A DNA stretch of 64,000 bases from Bacteriovoracaceae bacterium (lineage in GTDB: Bacteria > Bdellovibrionota > Bacteriovoracia > Bacteriovoracales > Bacteriovoracaceae). The notes below the pieces were generated by a model. That model ran no database searches. It had not been told where the DNA came from and was given only the letters and a program-made list of their open reading frames with translations. This document shows, one piece after another, positions 58,710-64,000 of the stretch. Each line of letters begins with the position of its first letter. Within the stretch, counting starts at the first letter, position 1. The position numbers and the translations under genes were made by a program. The stretch is taken from NCBI GenBank assembly GCA_048270185.1, contig JBLWTJ010000001.1, positions 32,001-96,000 on the forward strand. The letters run 5' to 3'.

Positions 58710-58747
58710 GAGATTTTCTAAAAAAAATTTATACAATTTTTAGTGAG

Positions 58748-59848
58748 TTACTGGCTAAGTAGCTTGGTTTGGCCACGGCCATTGATTCCTTGAGAAATCT
58801 TAAAATTCTTGCCAGCAGACGCACCTAATTTCCAAGCGTTAGGATCAAAACTTGTGGCAGAGCTGCTTTGAGCGCTTGTGCGAGGATAGACGCGATTCTT
58901 GTGAAGACGAGATAAAGTGTTTAGGTGAACCAGCTCTTTTGATGAAATTCCTTGGGCCTTTGTTGATTTTAATTCGTTTAAATAGGATTTTGTAAAGCTC
59001 TTATAGAAAGAGTGTTTTGCTCTAACGCCCTTTAAATTGGCATTTTTCTTTGCCACTAACCACTGTCTCTCCATTGCATGCATGGTGAAGTCATAAATAT
59101 AGTGAGCAGATTCTACGTTCTCTTTACTGCCAATTACCTCAAGATAGCCCCCGCCACGGCCAGAGCTAAAAACTGGAGCCACTGAGAACTCTTTGATTAT
59201 TTCGTAGAGACAGTCGTGAATGAGAGATCTTCTTTTGTAGCTAGCGACACGCTTAACATATGTATCTTCTAGGTTTGAATAATCAATATCACCACGCTCA
59301 ATAGTTTTAGTGCGAATACTTTGTAGGTTGTGTTTCTTAATGAGATCGTTTGCCTTCTTAGTTGCAACACGGGCCTCGTTCTCATTGTCTGATTTCGCGA
59401 GCTCAAGAAGTTTCTTAATCTTGGCCGTGATGCCATCATTGGCCTTTACAAATTTTTCAAGATTAATTTGAGACTTTGAAAAAGTCTGATCCCATCCATA
59501 ACGATTAAAAATACTTCTAAATTCTACTCCGTGGGCCTGCTCATTAACTCCACATTCGATATGAACTAAGAAGTGAGCGATCTCATGCTTTAGAACATTT
59601 TCTAAGAGTTCGTCGTTGGTATCGATGACACTCATGAAATACTTATTAATACCAATCTGATAAATAAGTGGATCATAGAAGCCTAGAACGCTATCTGATT
59701 CATTAACAACGAATGAGAGAGGGTATGAGTATGCTCCTCGGTAGAGTCGTTGACGTTTAAAATCAAGGCCAATACCTGCAAAGATATCTTGGGCCTTAAG
59801 ACGAACTTTTCTTAGAAATAATTGGGTATTGTCGTTATATATAAACAT
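58748..59848 (-). CDS. SprT-like metalloprotease + DUF2786 protein
   Basis: VLKHEIAH...HGVEF (SprT); KIKKLLELAKSDNENEA...A..LIKKHNL (DUF2786). Confidence 0.8.
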   Translation of the reverse strand: MFIYNDNTQLFLRKVRLKAQDIFAGIGLDFKRQRLYRGAYSYPLSFVVNESDSVLGFYDPLIYQIGINKYFMSVIDTNDELLENVLKHEIAHFLVHIECGVNEQAHGVEFRSIFNRYGWDQTFSKSQINLEKFVKANDGITAKIKKLLELAKSDNENEARVATKKANDLIKKHNLQSIRTKTIERGDIDYSNLEDTYVKRVASYKRRSLIHDCLYEIIKEFSVAPVFSSGRGGGYLEVIGSKENVESAHYIYDFTMHAMERQWLVAKKNANLKGVRAKHSFYKSFTKSYLNELKSTKAQGISSKELVHLNTLSRLHKNRVYPRTSAQSSSATSFDPNAWKLGASAGKNFKISQGINGRGQTKLLSQ

Positions 59849-59855
59849 TTTAAAA

Positions 59856-60440
59856 TTAATATTTTACACTACATCCGTAGGGCCTTGTCTTAGCGACAGA
59901 AATTTGTTTCTTGGCCTTTACTTCATCAATGGCCTTCTTCACATAATTAGTTGCATTTTTTATATCATCTTTATCTGCTGAAGAGATGCTATCAATGGCA
60001 CCCATATAAGTAATTCGGCCTTCTTCATTGATGATAAAGATCTCTGGCGTCGTCTTTGCGTTATAGGCACGTCCAGTATTTCCTAGAGTATCTAGTAGGA
60101 GGTGGTCAGCATTTGATTTTTCAACATGTAGACGATTAAGGGCAGCAGCACTATCTTTCAGATAACCTTGCTTTCCAATATTTGATGAGTTTATTGTCAA
60201 CCACTTGTAGCCATTCTTTATGGCATATCGCTGAGTTTGTTGCATATTCTTTGAGTCATAGTGTTTGCGAACAAATGGGCAACCTTCGTTATACCATTCA
60301 AGAATAACCTTCTTGCCTTTAAAAGATGAAAGACGAATATCTTTTCCTTCTTGATTCTTTAGAGAGAAGTCTGGTGCGTGGTCTCCTGGTGAGATGGCGA
60401 AAGTAAGCGTTGAAATAAGTAGTGATAGTAATAACTTCAT
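59856..60440 (-). CDS. Redoxin/AhpC-TSA family protein
   Basis: APDFSL, LEWYNEGCPFV, AKTTP, YMGAID, YGCSVKY. Confidence 0.9.
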   Translation of the reverse strand: MKLLLSLLISTLTFAISPGDHAPDFSLKNQEGKDIRLSSFKGKKVILEWYNEGCPFVRKHYDSKNMQQTQRYAIKNGYKWLTINSSNIGKQGYLKDSAAALNRLHVEKSNADHLLLDTLGNTGRAYNAKTTPEIFIINEEGRITYMGAIDSISSADKDDIKNATNYVKKAIDEVKAKKQISVAKTRPYGCSVKY

Positions 60441-60496
60441 AATTGCTCCGTGCTTGTTATGTCCTTATTTTATGGTCTTGGGCGTGGGGGGGCAAT

Positions 60497-60530
60497 AAAA
60501 AAAGGCCTCTTAATTAAATAAGAGGCCTTT
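60497..60530 (-). terminator. Intrinsic terminator of the sdh operon
   Basis: AAAGGCCTCTTA...TAAGAGGCCTTT with A-run (T-run on minus strand). Confidence 0.8.
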
Positions 60531-60560
60531 ACTTAGATATATTTAGTTTGTTACTTAAAC

Positions 60561-61340
60561 TTATACCTTAGGAGTCGTCTTCGATAGAACGGCAGCTTTT
60601 AAAAGCTCAGTGTTCATACGAGCGATATTTGTAATTTGAATTCCTTTCGGACATGAAGCTTCACATTCAGCTTCATTCGTACAGTTACCAAATCCAAGCT
60701 CATCCATTTTCTTAACCATGTTTTGAACACGTTGAGGAGCTTCTGCTTTTCCTTGTGGAAGAAGTGCCATCTGAGAAACTTTTGCAGATACGAAAAGCAT
60801 TGCAGAAGCATTCTTACAAGAAGCGACACATGCACCACAACCGATACAAGAAGCTGCATCCATTGCAAGGTCAGCATCTTCCTTTGGAATAAGGATTGAG
60901 TTTGCATCTTGAGCGTTACCTGTATTTACTGAAACAAATCCACCAGCTGCAATGATTTGATCAAATGCACTACGATCAACCATTAGATCTTTTTCAACTG
61001 GGAATGCTCTTGCTCTAAATGGCTCGATAACAATAGTATCACCGTCTGAGAATTTTCTCATGTGAAGCTGACAAGTTGTTGTCTCTGCCTCTGGCCCGTG
61101 AGCTTGTCCATTAATCATCAGAGAACACATCCCACAAATACCTTCACGACAGTCGTGGTCAAATGCTACTGGCTCAATTCCTTGTGGAATAAGTTCTTCA
61201 TTTAATTGATCGAGCATCTCTAAGAAAGAAGCATCTGGAGAAACACCATCAAGAGTGTAGTCGGCCATTTGGCCCTTGTCTTCACGATTCTTTTGACGCC
61301 AGATTTTTAAGTTTAGTTTCATATTATTATTGCTACTCAT
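60561..61340 (-). CDS. sdhB: Succinate dehydrogenase/fumarate reductase Fe-S subunit
   Basis: [32 protein letters not shown]. Confidence 0.95.
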   Translation of the reverse strand: MSSNNNMKLNLKIWRQKNREDKGQMADYTLDGVSPDASFLEMLDQLNEELIPQGIEPVAFDHDCREGICGMCSLMINGQAHGPEAETTTCQLHMRKFSDGDTIVIEPFRARAFPVEKDLMVDRSAFDQIIAAGGFVSVNTGNAQDANSILIPKEDADLAMDAASCIGCGACVASCKNASAMLFVSAKVSQMALLPQGKAEAPQRVQNMVKKMDELGFGNCTNEAECEASCPKGIQITNIARMNTELLKAAVLSKTTPKV

Positions 61341-61352
61341 ATCTTAATCCTC

Positions 61353-63290
61353 TTATTTGTAACTTCTTTGAGTTAGTGGAACGTTAGGGAAGTCTAATTC
61401 TTCCACGTTTCTAATTGGATCACTGTTCGCTCCTGTGTATTCCCAAACAGCTGCGTGACAATATTCATTGTCATTACGAAGTGCCTCACTCTCATCAGTT
61501 TGTGACTCTTCTCTAAAGTGACCACCACATGACTCTGGTCTTTCAAGAGCGTCGCGTGCCATTAGCTCACCAAGCTCAAGGAAGTCTGCAAGACGGTTTG
61601 CTTTTTCAAGCTCGATATTAATCCCATCAGCAGTTCCTGTAACTTTAACGTCTTTCCAGAATACTTCACGAAGTTTCTTAATTTTTTCAATCCCTTCTTT
61701 TAGACCTTTCTCATTACGTGCCATACCAACATGGTTCCACATAATTTGACCAAGTTCCTTGTGGATCGATTCAACTGATCTTGTACCGTTGATCGCAAGA
61801 AGTTTTGAGAACCTTTCTTTTGAATCTTTTAGGGCCTTATCAAATTCAGGGTGATCTGTTCCAACTTTATTACCCATTAGTTTTTCACTTGCTAGGTAGT
61901 TTGGAACTGTAAATGGAGCAACAAAGTAACCATCTGCTAGACCTTGCATAAGGGCCGAAGCACCTAGACGGTTAGCACCGTGGTCTGAGAAGTTAGCTTC
62001 ACCAAGAGCAAAAAGCCCAGGGATTGTTGTCATTAGGTTATAGTCAACCCAGATTCCACCCATTGTATAGTGAACCGCTGGATAGATTCTCATTGGTACT
62101 TTATATGGGTTTTCATCTGTAATTCTTTCGTACATATCAAATAGGTTACCGTAACGCTCTCTAATTGCGTCCTCTCCGTCGCGCTCAATAGCTGCTTGGA
62201 AGTCTAGGTAAACAGCTTCTTCTCCGGCACGTACTGACTTACCTTGATCGATTTGCTCTTTTGCGTTTCTTGAAGCAACGTCACGCGGAACAAGGTTACC
62301 AAATGAAGGATACTTTCTTTCTAGGTAGTAATCTCTTTCTTCTTCTGGAATCTCAGATGCTTTTCTGTGATCTCCTGGAGTCTTTGGAACCCAAACACGT
62401 CCGTCATTTCTAAGTGACTCAGACATTAGAGTAAGTTTCGATTGGTTCTCACCATGCCTTGGAATACAAGTTGGGTGAATTTGCGTATAGCAAGGGTTAG
62501 CAAACATAGCACCTTTCTTATAGGCTTTCCATGCTGCTGAACCGTTTGAAGTCATAGCATTTGTTGATAGGTAGTAAACATTTCCGTACCCACCTGTACA
62601 CATTAGAACTGCATCAGCTGCGTATTTTTCGAATTCACCAGTGATAACATTTCTTGTGATAATCCCACGTGCACGACCGTCAACCATAACAAGGTCAACC
62701 ATCTCACGACGAGTAAGCATTTCAACTTTTCCACGTCCTACTTCTTTCATTAGAGAAGAGTAGGCACCTAGTAGAAGCTGTTGACCAGTTTGTCCACGAG
62801 CATAGAAAGTACGTGATACCTGAGCTCCACCGAATGAACGGTTAGATAAAGTACCACCGTATTCACGAGCAAAAGGAACACCTTGGGCCGCACATTGGTC
62901 GATGATATTATTTGATACTTCAGCTAGACGGTAAACGTTTGCTTCACGTGCACGGTAGTCTCCACCTTTTACTGTATCGTAGAATAGACGCCAAACCGAG
63001 TCACCATCATTTGGGTAGTTCTTTGCAGCGTTAACACCACCTTGGGCAGCAATTGAGTGAGCACGTCTTGCAGAGTCTTGAAGACAAAAGCATTTAACGT
63101 TATATCCTTGTTCCCCAAGTGTTGCTGCAGCAGATGCACCAGCAAGACCAGAACCAACAACAATAATTTCAAACTTACGTCTGTTGGCAGGGTTAACTAG
63201 TTTCATGTTGAATTTATGTTGAGTCCATAATTTAGTGATATCGTCACTTGTTGGAACTTTTCCATCCATCTTCTTAGTATTCATTGTCAT
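61353..63290 (-). CDS. sdhA: Succinate dehydrogenase/fumarate reductase flavoprotein subunit
   Basis: [42 protein letters not shown]. Confidence 0.96.
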   Translation of the reverse strand: MTMNTKKMDGKVPTSDDITKLWTQHKFNMKLVNPANRRKFEIIVVGSGLAGASAAATLGEQGYNVKCFCLQDSARRAHSIAAQGGVNAAKNYPNDGDSVWRLFYDTVKGGDYRAREANVYRLAEVSNNIIDQCAAQGVPFAREYGGTLSNRSFGGAQVSRTFYARGQTGQQLLLGAYSSLMKEVGRGKVEMLTRREMVDLVMVDGRARGIITRNVITGEFEKYAADAVLMCTGGYGNVYYLSTNAMTSNGSAAWKAYKKGAMFANPCYTQIHPTCIPRHGENQSKLTLMSESLRNDGRVWVPKTPGDHRKASEIPEEERDYYLERKYPSFGNLVPRDVASRNAKEQIDQGKSVRAGEEAVYLDFQAAIERDGEDAIRERYGNLFDMYERITDENPYKVPMRIYPAVHYTMGGIWVDYNLMTTIPGLFALGEANFSDHGANRLGASALMQGLADGYFVAPFTVPNYLASEKLMGNKVGTDHPEFDKALKDSKERFSKLLAINGTRSVESIHKELGQIMWNHVGMARNEKGLKEGIEKIKKLREVFWKDVKVTGTADGINIELEKANRLADFLELGELMARDALERPESCGGHFREESQTDESEALRNDNEYCHAAVWEYTGANSDPIRNVEELDFPNVPLTQRSYK

Positions 63291-63964
63291 TACATTCCTC
63301 CCTTAACGTGACAGTAGATTGCAATTGTTGAGTAACCAAGAGTTAGAACAACTGCGTAAACCTTCGATAGGAATTTAATAGCAGGCATATATTTTGGGTG
63401 ATTGAAACCTATTGATTGAAATGCTGACCAGAACCCGTGTGATACGTGAATCCCGATCACAAGCATGAAGATCACATACATTCCAGTGTTAAGTGGAGAT
63501 GCAAAGTATTCCATCACTGTTCTGTAAAGGTCACGAGCTGCAGTACCGTCTGATAGAGTTGTGTCGTATACATTTCCATATTTAAAGTTAATTAAGTGCA
63601 TAACAATAAAGAATAGGATAAGGAAACCAGTATAAGGCATCGTTGAAGATGCAAAAGTTGCACCACGTCCTGTCGGCTGTTTCATGTAGTACTTAACTGG
63701 ACGGGCAGCTTTGTTTTCCATTGTAAGCTTTAGTGCCATAAAAAGGTGCACTAGAAAGATTGCAAGAAGACCAGCTTCAGCGACGTAGATAAGCGGGTTA
63801 GACATTAGCTTGTAACCATACATGTTAAAAGCGTCTTTGCTAACGAGTAATAAAAAATTCCCCATCATGTGCGTTAAAAGAAATCCACATAGTAGTAGAC
63901 CTGTAACTCCCATTACTTGTTTCTTCGCAATGGAGTTTGTCAAATAAAAGCGTAATGCTGACAT
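63290..63964 (-). CDS. sdhC: Succinate dehydrogenase cytochrome b558 subunit
   Basis: Five TM helices with haem-ligand His residues; upstream of sdhAB. Confidence 0.92.
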   Translation of the reverse strand: MSALRFYLTNSIAKKQVMGVTGLLLCGFLLTHMMGNFLLLVSKDAFNMYGYKLMSNPLIYVAEAGLLAIFLVHLFMALKLTMENKAARPVKYYMKQPTGRGATFASSTMPYTGFLILFFIVMHLINFKYGNVYDTTLSDGTAARDLYRTVMEYFASPLNTGMYVIFMLVIGIHVSHGFWSAFQSIGFNHPKYMPAIKFLSKVYAVVLTLGYSTIAIYCHVKGGM

Positions 63965-64000
63965 TGATACATTTCCTTTGTCTGATTTAATAATATTTTT

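Noticed and set aside
587..63172. Numerous 60-180 aa alternative-frame and antisense ORFs in the track (e.g. 16909-17442, 25517-25972, 12891-13301)
   Set aside because: They lie within well-supported genes, have no RBS or motifs, and show shadow-ORF composition

Overview
AT-rich bacterial chromosomal segment with about 50 CDS. I see no rRNA, tRNA, CRISPR, integrase, transposase or reverse transcriptase. Gene content suggests, by inference, a predatory Bdellovibrionota such as a Halobacteriovorax/Bacteriovorax relative: S74-chaperoned fibre lipoprotein, giant lipoproteins, many orphan beta-barrels and abundant sigma28 promoters. Housekeeping genes include infB-rbfA-truB, rnhA, FKBP, sufE, hemB, clpB-like, bdbCD-like, murD, serC, tgt, a DEAD helicase, dksA, queE and sdhCAB. 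Main points of interest: (1) an unannotated ~140-nt structured sRNA candidate (11635-11777, minus) with a sigma28-like promoter, a terminator and a UCCCU anti-SD loop complementary to RBSs in this window; (2) a sigma28-driven surface locus of beta-barrel, S74 fibre lipoprotein with a perfect 36-nt VNTR, and a 1557-aa lipoprotein ending in an FGE/CLec fold; (3) a sigma54 operon of beta-barrel plus 1824-aa metzincin lipoprotein; (4) strong GGCC over-representation; (5) three GGA-loop hairpins in the dksA leader; (6) three small proteins missed by the ORF track and several leaderless-looking genes. All product calls come from motif recognition by eye; no database search was run.
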